Positions 42,140 to 54,295 of a DNA stretch of 64,000 bases are shown one piece after another (positions within the stretch are counted from its first letter, which is position 1; each line of letters begins with the position of its first letter). Source of the stretch: Daphnia carinata (taxonomy: Eukaryota). The notes below the pieces were generated by a model. That model was given only the letters and a program-made list of their open reading frames with translations, made no database searches and had not been told where the DNA came from. The DNA lies in assembly GCF_022539665.2 (NCBI RefSeq), contig NC_081334.1, positions 1,364,001-1,428,000 of the forward strand, given 5' to 3'. The position numbers and the translations under genes are program-made.

Positions 42140-45100
42140 AAAAGAAAAAGGGTGCGGTTGTGAGGATCAGATCCATACATGCCGCCTCGTCGAGGCTCGT
42201 GTGCGAGGAAGCGGTGGGCAGAGACGACGAGGCCGTGGCGCCGTGAAGGAGCTGCCAACGCGGAGGGGGCGGCGCTTGCGATGACGGATGCGGGTTGGAA
42301 ACGGCCGGGCCTCGGTCGGGTGGTGCCGGTTCTGGTGGTGTACTGGGCGGTGGGAAAACTTGGAAACCACCGCCTATTGGCCGCAAGTGAAAAATTGCAC
42401 GTGCCCACACACCACACAGATGACGACCGATTGTGATAATAATAAAAAAAAAAAAAAAAAAAAAAAACAAGGAAAAAAAACGCGATTGGTATCATCTGAT
42501 TTGCAACCACGCCAAACGAAAAACGGATCCCACCACTGTGGTACAACGAGCAAACGAACAAAGCCGAGTTTTTGTTTTTGCCTATCGACCTGCGAAATCT
42601 ATGCAGGGCTACAATGTCACCATTTCCACCGTTCATGCATACTGTGCCCCCGCATCGCCCGTAAATCCTACCCCAGAAAATAACACTTGCGGCGGAAAAA
42701 AGAAGCCGATATCTAAATTCATACCAAAGCCACAGCACACACACATAAATAATAATAATTTTAAAAAATAAGGCGAAAATGGCCCCAGAAATCAAGTTAC
42801 GTTTCAACCAAGAAAAAGGCGACGCTATACTCCTAATTATAATCGTATCAAAACTGCTCACTCCATGCATTCAAAAAAAAAAAAAGAAACGAATCAAACG
42901 TCACTATGGAAACCATTCTAAAAAAAAAAAAACAATGGTATCCAGAAAAACCCAATGCAACGAAAAACGAAAAAAAAAAACGGACTAAAAAGATATGCTG
43001 CATGCCGGGGACTGATAACAGCGAGAAACTCTCACCGCGACTTTTCTTATCAGCCGGATCGGCTCCACCGTTGCTTCCGACGCGCCGTTGATCTCCCCAG
43101 AGCGCCGCTTCGGCCTGAACGAGAGACGGGCCGAGCGACTGGAAGTGCGAAAAACGTGACGACGATGGAGGTGCGCTCGTGGGCACAGGAGGTGGGGGAT
43201 AGGACGGTCCGGCCGGATGGTGGTGGTGATGATGCTGAAACGAACTGTAACGATGACTAGTCCGGCCCGTGAGGCAAGGCCCACCGTCGCGCGTGAACAA
43301 TTTGGGAGAGGAGGACGACTCTTGCGATTCTCCCAAATGGCCGAATGGGGGAGGCGAAGGCGCGTGATTGGAAGCAGCAGCCGATCCAGACGATGTCGGT
43401 GTGTAATGAGGAATGGGGGTCGAATAAGGATTGAGTCCAGACGGATTCAAAGCGGACGTCATCATCAAAGAATGTTGACTTTGCAACGTCATGATATGAG
43501 AAGCGGGATTAGCCGGAATTCGACTTCCCGTCGCACCGCACGGATACGTTGGACCGCGCAGCGAGAAGGAGAAGGCCAGCGGAAGCGAATCAATACTCGG
43601 GCACGTCTGACGAGCACCCTCTGCTATGCCGACCCAACCGAAAACATTTTTTTTTTTTTTTTTTTTCGAACAACCCAACAGACCGAAAAAAACAAAAAAA
43701 ACAACAAATGAAGATGGAGAAAATTCAAGAGTAAAGTTTGAACGACAAGCATTTCTTTCTTTTTTCACACTCGGCGAAAGCAGGCCCGAGCTGAAACGCT
43801 AAAAAAAAAGATCACTTCCCATCCCTACCAGTCGAACATCGGACTGTCGCTTTAGACTTAACTTCCACAATGTTATGCCATAAGAATAAATCGAAAATGA
43901 CAGCAGTTACCTTGTCTGGTCTTTTGGCGACTCTTGAAATGACTTGGCTTGACTAGACTCTCGCCGACACCATTTTCTTTCTTGTTACGTTGCATTGGCC
44001 GGTCCAACGTAGAATAGAGATCGCTGTCGTCGCTGGGCGTTAGTCGACGTTCGTCTGGGTAGGTCGGAGACACAGCGTCTTCCCCGTCTTCGCCCAGGGA
44101 ACCGTCAGTTGGCAATCGCTCGTAAATCTCCGATCCACTGCCTTCGTTGGAGCCGGCCCGGCTTGATCGCTGGTAAACTCCGACACCGCAACGTCCGTAA
44201 ACAGGTCCGGCCAAGTGACGAGGAGGAGGAATGGGTTGCGTCCTCCTCAATGGTCGCTCCAATGTGCCCTCGCCCGAATCATTCAGGCCCGCCGCGTCTT
44301 CTAATTGGAAGGCCTGTTCTATTTCCATTTTCTTATCCCAAACTTCTTTGAAGAAAGGAGTGTAAATGGCCGATTTGGGATTGGCAGAGGCCGTCAACGT
44401 CATGAAATGAGCCTACATACAACGACATCAAAATAAACGAGGAAAAACATAAAAAGGAAAGCGATGAGCTGAGTACCTGGAGACGGTCGGCTGCGGCATT
44501 GCCGGCCGTAATAAGCTGATGACTAAGTTCAGAACTGAAGAAGGCATTGGCTGCGCCTCCACTCTCCGTCACAGCCAAGATCTGGATGGGCAAATTAGGA
44601 ATGTTTTGAGAAAAGGCAACCAAAGTGGCTAACGAAGCCTTTCGTTTCGTCGAATACACCAAGACGAAGCCATGAACTAGATCATCCCTGTTTCAAAAAG
44701 CAAAACCGTTCATGTTTTAGGCTGCAATTAGAAACCAACCTGATGGAACTGAACGTACCTGAAAGAGTCGGCCGAATGGTAGGATGTGACGACCACTTCG
44801 ACTCGACGTTTCGAGTCGCCTAGAAATGTCTCGAGGGTCAAGCTGCGTTCGCCGCTGAGGAAGCAGCACTGGTGAGAAAGGAGCGGGCCGAGGACGCTCT
44901 CCACTGAGAACGGGTCGGCGCAGAGCATCGACAAAATGATGCGGATGTCGGGCTGGCATGAACCGTCCATCAGTCCGGACGTGGATGACGATTGGCACAC
45001 GTTCAAAAAGCCGGCCCGCTGCTGAATACTCGTGACTAAGGCCCGCAGCGCGCTGCTGACTAAGTGGGGATTGAATCGCTCTCCCTGAGTTTGAACTTCG

Positions 45101-48100
45101 GCCGGCGATTCTCCGTTACGCTCGGCCTCTTCCATTGAAACGCCGACTTTGCCGCCATCCATGGATGACGTTGAGGACGATTGCGAGACTTCGATGAACG
45201 GACACTGGAGATTGTCGGCCAGGTTCAAGCCCTCGCCTTTGAGGTGTTCGTAGTCCGTCTCGCTGAGAGACGGTTCGGCCGCCATGACGATGACGATGGG
45301 CAATCCTTGGAACGGCAATCGATCTTCCTGTTCCAGATTGGACAGAAGGGTTTTCTCTAAACTGTCGCGGATGTATTCGAACGAGTCGGCGTTGGAGAAG
45401 ACGCAAAAACAGCCTTGCGGCGTGAACTCGGCCGTTCGGAACGAGTTCTCGGGCAAGCTGACATCGCCGTCGATGATCCTGTAGTCGAGGCTGTACACTT
45501 GATTGTCCATTTCGTACTCGTCCTCGTCGCACAGCGCACGAATCTCGCCAGCCAACTCGTGTGCCAAATCCGCAACGCCCAGCAGGATCAGACTGAGCTG
45601 ACTGTTGTCACTGCCGCCACTGCCCAGCATCCACTGACTATTGCGGTTCCATGACGACGGTCGATGAGCTTTGACCGAGATGAGCCGCTCGATGACAGCG
45701 TCCATGCAATTAGGATGAGCTGGACAATGCTCGCGAATAGGGCAATGGACAAAACCGAGATGCTGGAGCAACAGTAACCTTCGCTCGTTGTCCAGCCGGT
45801 CAAGCGCTTTGTAACGCGAATCCTCTTGCAATTCTTCCGTGATTTCCCGTATGTCATCTTGCGTCACTGTACCCGACGGCGCAATGCTCTTGAACTGATA
45901 AAACAGGTGGGCATGTTCCAGTAGCAATTCCTAATTAACAAAACACGTCATTTTTATTGCGAACAGAAAGTAAAACAGCACGACAAAAAAAACGGACCTG
46001 GAAGTTTTTGCGAGCCTTTTCCGTTATGTCCCTTTGATGGAGATCGTAGATGTGGTGGCAGTCGGCCTCGGAGAGCGCTTCGAAGCATTCACGACCCATG
46101 AAAAGAACCTGAACTTCCGAGAGTGTTTTTCCGGGCGTGACGTATCCCGTTTCCTCCAACAAAGACTTGAATTGGTGTCGGTACTCGAGCAGCCGTTGTT
46201 CTTTCTGCAGCGTGTTGATGTGGTTACGGAAAACCATTTCGGCTTCACTCGTATCCAACACGTCGAACGGTATCCGCATTTCGGTGCTGTCCAGCAAATC
46301 CGTTTCGGCCCACGACATTCCATCGGCCGGGCAGTCAAGGAAGTAGTTGTTGAAGTCAGGGTGGCTGTGCATCTTCTCTTTGATGAGATCCCAATCGCCT
46401 TCCTCTAAGCTGGGCAGATCTGGAAAGAATTCCAGCAGGATTTCGGGCAATGTGTCCATGTAACCTGTAAATGTTATACACAAATAAACAACTCATTAGT
46501 TTGCGAAACTAAAATGAACTACGCCAGTCGATGAGGGAACCTTTGATTTTGCGGGCCAAATGTTCGTCTTTGAGCTTCTTAACGTGACGCCGGAAAAGGC
46601 GTTGGGCGTCGTCCTGACCGAATAGGTTACAATAATGGATGTAGTCCGGATTTGCGGCCAATTTCTTGGACGTGGCCGACCAAAGGGCACGGAAATCAGT
46701 CACTTGAGCTCGTATCAAGCGCTGAAAGGCTTCCGTGGCAACATCTAGTACATCTTTGCGAGCTCGTGCCGCTTCGGCGAAGGGAACGACTCGCATGCGA
46801 TTCTTGGCCTTGTCCACCATCTGGGCCAACACGAGGAAAGCCAAGTCGACATTGACGTTCTCGTGAGCTGAAGTCTCCACCATTACGATGCTTCCTGTAG
46901 TCAAGCAATTAAAAATATTCAAGAAGCAGCCACAAAATTTAAAAGAATATACACACTGGACCTTTAAACTCCTTTCTCGAGACTAGTTTCTCGGCCTCGC
47001 GGATGAAGCCGTCAAAGGCCTCGTCATTTTTGGTGGTGGCCAGGACGATGGGTTTCTTGCTTTTGACCAGATTGGCGAGAATGGTCGCCGTGTACTCCAT
47101 TTGCCGTTCGATCGGCCGGCTGGGCACCATCGACACGTCAAACACGCAAATGAAGCCGTCAACATTGAATTTACCGTCCGGCATCACCTTTTGCTCGTAT
47201 TCCTTTTCGATTCCTATTGTTGACATCGATAAGGTGATAAGTTGGAAAACACATGAAATAACCTTTGATTTTTTTTTTTTACCTAGCTGATTCTTACAGA
47301 TGTACATGAATTTTTCAGCTGATGTTAACTTGGTAGCGGCACACCGTTTGACGTACGGCTCCATTTTGCCACCTGCATTTTTGTTTCGTGACAAAACGTT
47401 TTCAAAAGGGAAAAGAATCAGTAGAAATACAGGGTGTTTGTACTAAGAAGCGCATTATACCTTTGAAAGGCTGAAAGGAAGCATCGTCGAGAAACTCTGT
47501 CTGTTCGACTAGGTGGAAGTGATACTCGACGCCATCGTCGGCCTGCTTGGTCGTCTCTCCCCAATAAAGGAAGTGATCGTTGTTGATCACTCGGCCGCTA
47601 AAATCCGTCTATTAATAAGAAATTACAATCAATTTTGAAATAAAATGAGCGCATTAACAAATGGGGGGATTGCAGCCAGCGGTCCCATATTTTCATGCAT
47701 CAAAAAACCAACTACACGATGAGCAGTTATTTAATTACGAACGCGGGAGTGGCGGCACTTCGTCACTATTCTAAATTGCGTTTTTTCAAAATTAAATTTT
47801 TTTTTTTTTTATAAAGACGGGCAGTTACAGGGACCGCCTGTCGTGGATGGAAAAGGCCATGCGAGGGCAACGAGAATTTGCCGTTGGCACTGAAGCGGAA
47901 GTCGCCACCGCTGTCGCCACATGCAGTCAAGATTGAAACGAAAATTCCCAGTGCGCACGGTGACGTGCTTCTGGCGGTCGGAAAATCATTGGAATACCTC
48001 GACCGTCTTATAACCACGAAAAAAAATAAAAAAATAATAAAAAAAAAGAAAATTTTAAAGTAAAAAAACAAACAAAAACGGACAGAAGCCCATAAGGGAG

Positions 48101-48559
48101 GAAAATGGTCGGACATCAACGGGAATGTCATTGATTCTAGACCCAACCCCATAACGGAAACATGCCATTAATACGATTTCTTTCTTTTCACTTGGCTTTC
48201 TATCCCTCGGGGGCTTTACACTGGGTCATCAACGGTTCCAAACAGCATAGTTAAATGGATTCCAATAAAAATGTAAAAAACAAAAAAAAATATAATAAAA
48301 ATAGGCGTTGCCATCGCGCCAGTCTATTTGGTATTGTTGACACACTGCCATTGGCCATCTACCAGAATACTCTGCACATTAAACTAACCTGACTGAGGAC
48401 GGAAATATGTTCGACGTGATAATCATCGGCCAGCGACTTGATGAAGCGATTGCACAGGCAGGACTTGCCCACGCCGGACTGGCCGCGCTCTTTTTCCGTG
48501 CCGGCCAGGCCGACGACGGCTACGTTCAGCGTCCGCACCTGTTCTGCTTTCCGCGCCAT
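38565..48559 (-). CDS. RhoGAPp190: p190 RhoGAP (ARHGAP35/ARHGAP5 family)
   Basis: N-terminal GTPase domain ([52 protein letters not shown]), FF-like helical repeats, pseudoGTPase middle region, P/S-rich linker and C-terminal RhoGAP ([30 protein letters not shown]) ending ...DEIVMV*. Confidence 0.96.
42102..42137 (+). repeat. A36 homopolymer (U-tract in the p190RhoGAP pre-mRNA); further long runs at 586-606 (A21), 22389-22410 (T22), 24469-24483 (G15), 42444-42467 (A24)
   Basis: Counted directly from the sequence. Confidence 0.9.
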
Positions 48560-51199
48560 TTTTCTACTTCGTCTTTTGTTTCAAACGTCCTCCAACGGCT
48601 GGTGTTGAAAACGAGCTCCTGGCTAGCGGTTTGTAATTTAATCGCACTCTTCCGGAGATGGAGCAACCATCTTGATTGCTTTCCACCTTGCTTTGATGAT
48701 GTCACCGCTTTCAAATAGTCCAGATCAGCAGCATGACTCTGTTGGATAAAATAAAACAATAAATTAATACGAATTTTTTTTTTGTTTCGGAATAAAAAGG
48801 CAAACAAACGAAAAACAAACTAGATGTAGAAACGTCACCCGGCCTTATGGATAAGATCAACGTTACCGCCACCAGGGTTCGTCGCAACGAGGACGAGCTG
48901 CGTGTGTCCCCCAAAATTCAACGGCTTATAACCACAAGAGAAAGTCTCGAATCAATAGTCTGCAATTCCGAACGATGTGCAAGTGTATAGAAAAGAGGGG
49001 AGGGATTTTTAGTTGACTCGAAAGACCAAATGTAAAGTAAACAAAATTAAAAAAAAAAATACGAGAAACGTGAAAAGGGCAAATCAAACGACACTACACT
49101 CGAACGAGTTGTCAATCCACGTAGGGAGATGCAAGAGCAAATCAAATTGGAGGGAAGCTAACAAGAAAAACTGGCCATTTTTGAGAGACAACGGAAAGAG
49201 TCATTCGATTGGAAATGGATATAAAATGGATAGATGATGGCTTTGTTTTGGCGTCATCCGAGATTGGCTTGGCATTTGGCCATTCAAGGGAGAGGCGGAT
49301 CTTGACGACTAGCACACTGGTGTGCAATCGATCTCATCAGTGTTGCGATTATCTGAGCTTCTTTACAGCCCACTCAGTCGGGGAAAGAGCAAAAGCACTG
49401 GATTGCATCGATAATCAATTTTTCGGGAGGGGAACTAAGAATATCACCGTATGGCTTGTTATCGGGTGCTAGTCACAGTCAGGATTCTCTTCAAGTTTGT
49501 TGCCGACGAACGTGCATTGTAGCGAATGAATGTCAAATCCAGCAGCTGCACTAGTCGGCACCATTGCCATTCCACAGTCGATAATACTCTCCACCATTAA
49601 TGCGTTGTTTGTTATTATTTTTTACTTTTGAGAGAAGGACGGCAGGTTACGACGAGGTGGACCCGATTAAACCGCGCACGCGAGATACGCATTGGGTATG
49701 AGACCCTAAAGTGTCGCTGGATCGTAACCCAAACGACGGATTGTAATGCAAAGGGGTAGCCGGTAACAACAAAGGGAATGCACGTGCCAATGGCTGGGGG
49801 TCTTTCATGGAATGATCTTGGGTTTCCGTGTTAACTTGGATTCCGAGATCTTTTTTAGCCCGCTGATGCGAGCTCAACTAACGACGGTGCATGAGGAACG
49901 GAGCAGCTGGGAGGAAAAATTAAAAAAAAAGGGGGGAAGGATGAAGATATGTCGACCAGGGAGCGGTCGTCGTGGAAACCAGCTCCACAAAAGTGACCTT
50001 CCCTTCTGCCTTTCTTACTAAATGACACGCCGACGGAATTCCAGTTGGGCCTGAATGCAATCAATTCCTATTTGCACTGTACCCTAAAAAACCAACACAT
50101 GGAAGTCAAACTTTGAGAACGCTAGACGCCCTTCGTTTCTGTGACGTCTGAGAGAGACCGAAGCACAAGAACAATAACAACTACCGAACATGAAGGGGAA
50201 AGAAAAAAAATACGGGACTATCTCTCCTCCTCGAAGCAGATACGATTTCTCTCCAACCCCCCCCCCCCTACTAGTGACTCCGCCTTGAATCTGGAAGAGA
50301 TGAATCCATCGGATGGAGAGGGAAAAAAGGCGCTGGAGATCAGGGATGGGAATGGATCAAGAAAGTATGTGAGTGTGTGTGTGTTGGACGCTGCGCACAA
50401 GTCCAAGTGCCATCGTGCCGTCGGATTCAACCCCCGCTCCTCCTCCCCTTCCTCTTTTTCCTCCCTCCTGACGTGATCAATACCTGAGCTACAGATTCCC
50501 CCATGCCCCATTCCCAACCCCGCCAACGCACATACAGCTGTGTATCCCATTTGCAATCGTTGCGAAAAGAAATGACCCATTTCCAAATGAATTTCCTATG
50601 TGTTTTCCAATCCACCTGATACCACGAAAGACCTTGCCTGTCACACAAATGATTATGTTTAAGGAAAATAATGCTTTTTGCTCCTACGTTTCACACAAGA
50701 TTACACTAAATTCAGTCAGATATTATGACAAAGGATCTCATACCAAATAAGTCCTTGCTAATAATAAAGCAGTGAAGGGAATTTTTAGAATGTACTTGAT
50801 CCATAAAAGTGTCAAGTTTCACCAGCCAAATGTGACGATTGTGCAATAACAGCCAAGTTTCCTCACCTTGTAATGAACAACAGCTCCAACAATCACAACG
50901 CATAAAAACCAGCTTGAAACCCGCTTTTATAATGTCATCAAATAATGACTGTAACAAGGAAACACTCTAATGTTCAATAATTATTGAAGGTTGTCTCACG
51001 CACTCGACCCCCTTTGGGTTCTTCAAAGCAAGTGACACAGATGTTACAACCCACTCACATCACAGAATGCAACAAAAAAGAATTTTCACTCAAAATGTGG
51101 TAATGATTAAACACCACAAATATGCCAGTTAAGAACTCTTTTCTGCTTCTGGCGCACACACACTACTTTTTAACTTCGTGTAAATGATAAACTGTCATG

Positions 51200-51416
51200 A
51201 GACATATCTAATGTCACAGAAACTCGAGGTTGTCGGCCATAGGAGGTCGGCCATCTTGGGAATAATTATCGAATCGTTTACAGGAAATCGATCCGATATC
51301 TAAGCCGCGATACTTGATTATGTGTTGAGCGTTTCGAAGGACAGTCATATAAACATCGTCGATTTTTCCCTCGAATTTTAACTTGCCGTGGTGCAAAATA
51401 CTAACCGTGCACGAAA
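51200..51416. promoter_or_regulatory. Probable divergent promoter region for p190RhoGAP (5' non-coding exons) and TADA3
   Basis: Head-to-head gene orientation; TCGGCCAT repeated at 51233-51240 and 51247-51254, the second extending to the YY1-like GGCCATCTT. The p190 transcription start is inferred, not seen. Confidence 0.4.
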
Positions 51417-53325
51417 ATGGTGCCGGGGAAAGGTAACGTCTCTAAAGGAAAAGGAGCAGCCAATGTTAAGGGGTCAACATCCGCTACAAAAGTTAAGAGA
51501 GAGAGAGTGTCAGAACCGGAGGACTCTGATGAAGAAGTATCTCTTGCTGACGTCCGAGCTATCGACTATGCAAAAGCTTTACCCCGTTTCACAGCCAGTA
51601 AAATATTATTGTTTAATGTTTAAATTCATATTTAACTTTTTTTACCAATTCTGCTTTTTATTTATTCATTTTACAGTTACAGGCACGTCCAGAAGATGGG
51701 GGTGTCATGATGGATGACTTGGATACTTTACAAATGGAACTAGAAACACTACTCAATTGTGTGGTTTTACGTTCCTTGAATTTGCAAAGGGAAATAGCTG
51801 GAATGACTGAAAAGGTACCTTTGCTATCCAATAACTCCACCTTATGTAATGCTATTAAGTAGTTGAAATTCCCTCTTGTCATTCAGCCTCCATCTCCTGG
51901 AAAACGTTCAAAACAGGATGAACGTTCGCCAAAAAAATTCAAGGACCAACAAGGAAGACTTAGGGATGCACATACACCTCCACTTCTGAAGCAAATGAAG
52001 ATCAAATCTGCTCTAGCTGTACATATTTTTTGAAAGATGGGTTTTCATACTTCAAACCAACTAATTCTTCACCTCAAAATTGATCAGAAACCTATACTAC
52101 CTGAAGGAGGAGTGGAAGAGTTGCCTCCCTTAGAACTCATGAAAACGTCTACCGCCAAAAACGATACACCAAACAAGTTTTGGGCTTCCGTAGAACCCTA
52201 CTGCGCTCCGTTTACGGATGACGATTTAAAGGTAAAACATGGGTTAGCAAAAAGTAGTTGTTGTTCTTCCTTTTTCTTGACACATAGTATTGATAAGTTA
52301 GATTGTGGAAGAACTGATCTCGACTCACAATGACGATGAAGAATATTTGAAAATCCCACCTCTCGGCCGTCATTACACACATCGTTGGGCAGAAGATGAT
52401 TTGCTTCAGGAACAAAGAGAAGGCTCTCGTTTTGGGGAGAAAAAGAAAATCACTTCTGGGACTTCAGGAACAGAAGAGGCTCAAAGACTGATGGACGCTG
52501 CAGCTAAAAACAAGTAAAGAGACAAAATTTTTACCACATGCTAAGTTTCTCAGTATTACATAAATGTAGTGGGGAAGCAAATTCTACGTCTACAACAGGA
52601 ATATGCGGACCCATGACTCAGCGCCTCATTTCAGCCCTTTTGGAAGAAAATATCGTAACATCTATACAAGAGACGATGGAATCGGAAGGACAAGGTATAC
52701 TGTCCTAGACATTCGTTTTTTTTTCGATTAAAAACATTTAACATCTTCAACCACGACAACAGACGAAAATGCCAAATCCACTGGTGAAAAAGCACCAGTT
52801 TTCAACGGACCTCAGACTGCTGCGCTTGAACGCCGTCTCCGCCAGGAATTAGAAGAACAAGGCATTCTTACAGCCGATGAAGCCACTGTTAACCCGGTAA
52901 CTCAATTGTCTAGTTTGAAATAGATCTTTAATAACCACCGAAATAATGAAGGCTGACGATGAAATATTGACGGAGCTACGTCGGTGCCAAGGAGAATTGA
53001 GAGCCATATCGCAGCATAACTTGAAGCAGCTAAAACGACTTTATCGTCTCGGTCAAGAAGAAATGAAACGTCAAGAAATTCGTAAAAAGCTGATTGCAGC
53101 GGATGCTGAAGTAGTAATATTATTGTCTTCTTTTGGTATCGAGCTTGTTTACATTTTTACGTGTTTGCAATCGTTATTCTTTAGGTACTAGATACATATC
53201 GCAAAATGGTGGCGGCAAAACAAAAAAAACGACCCTTAACTAAGAAGGAAAAAGACCAAATGTGGAAAACCCTTCGCGATCGCGAGGCGATTGTCAAACA
53301 GTTAGACACTGGGGCCCCGATGTAA
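51417..53325 (+). CDS. TADA3: Transcriptional adapter 3 (SAGA/ATAC subunit Ada3)
   Basis: DYAKALPRFTA...DDLDTLQMELETLL, KNDTPNKFWASVEPYCA, KIPPLGRHYTHRWAEDDL, GPMTQRLISALLEEN, DDEILTELRRCQGELR, KKRPLTKKEKDQMWKTLRDRE. About 8 exons; the first intron boundary is problematic (see findings). Confidence 0.93.
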
Positions 53326-53537
53326 ATATTTTTCAATAAAGACATGGAAAACTTTATAATGGTGCTGGATTGCAACAAAATCGAGCAGAGAAACCGTATT
53401 ATGGTTTTCCGCAATAGAAAATGATATTCGTGAGTTTGCTTTGGGGTAGGTATGAAAAATTTTATTCTCAAAAGGAGGAGGTATTGAACACATGGTAACA
53501 ATTATGATTTCATCAAATAATGATTATTCAATGAGCT

Positions 53538-54295
53538 TCAGGTTCTCCAGAACTGAGGATTCAGTTCTAGTTTTCTGGTGAAGTTAGTATACCAGTTTCT
53601 TAATGCAGACATGGGTATGTAAGTTTCTGTGGGATTGGGTGTCATCTGAGATTGTGTGACACCAAAACTCGCCACAAAATTGAAAAGATGTTGAATAGTT
53701 CGCTCAGCAAATTCTTGAAACGTTGTAGTGTTTGATGGTTCTGCAATGGCACTAGGGGATTGTGTGGAAATTAGACTAAGAGGATCAATGGATATGCCTA
53801 TTTGAGCATGGTGATGTATTCCACCCTGATTCTGTCCGAATGGACTTGGATTGAAACCACCTGGATTCTTCTTCAACCCAGTGATTTTGTAGATGTTTGA
53901 TGGCTTAGTGTTTGTGAGGTGGCCTAGAAGTTGCCATACTGGTGGTGTTGCTAGATCTGGCTCTGGCCATCGGAAGTACACTAAAGAATTTTTTTTTTAG
54001 CAAATTGATGTTAATGTTGGATCATAAAGAATAAGTAAAGAAGTATGAAGCCTCCACAATTATACCTGATCCACCAAATCCATCTGGAAATGGTACAGTG
54101 CCAGTTAAAAACACAACTAAATGATTGATGTTATCAGCATCGGGAATGGTAATGGCAAACTGTGCCTCTGATATTTGTTGAAAGTCTGTTTGAACCTGTA
54201 GAAAACGTATCAACAAAGGTGCATTCGACACAAATGTCAACAAATGATTTGTCTCTTGAACTTACCAAACGTCCCGCCACAATAAGACCAAACAT
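53538..54295 (-). CDS. HIKESHI: Hikeshi / OPI10 homolog (Hsp70 nuclear import carrier), 3 exons
   Basis: MFGLIVAGRL|VQTDFQQISEAQFAITIPDADNINHLVVFLTGTVPFPDGFGGS|VYFRWPEP...WQLLGHLTNTKPSNIYKI...AQIGISIDP...WYTNFTRKLELNPQFWRT*. Confidence 0.96.

Noticed and set aside
42585..42690. Possible extra p190RhoGAP microexons
   Set aside because: The AG/GT pairs I tested were not frame-preserving or contained stops; cannot be supported without reads.
39187..47290. Many plus-strand and off-frame ORFs of 60-180 aa over p190RhoGAP
   Set aside because: Shadow ORFs of GC-rich coding exons and homopolymer-derived poly-K/poly-F frames; no independent motifs or splice structure.
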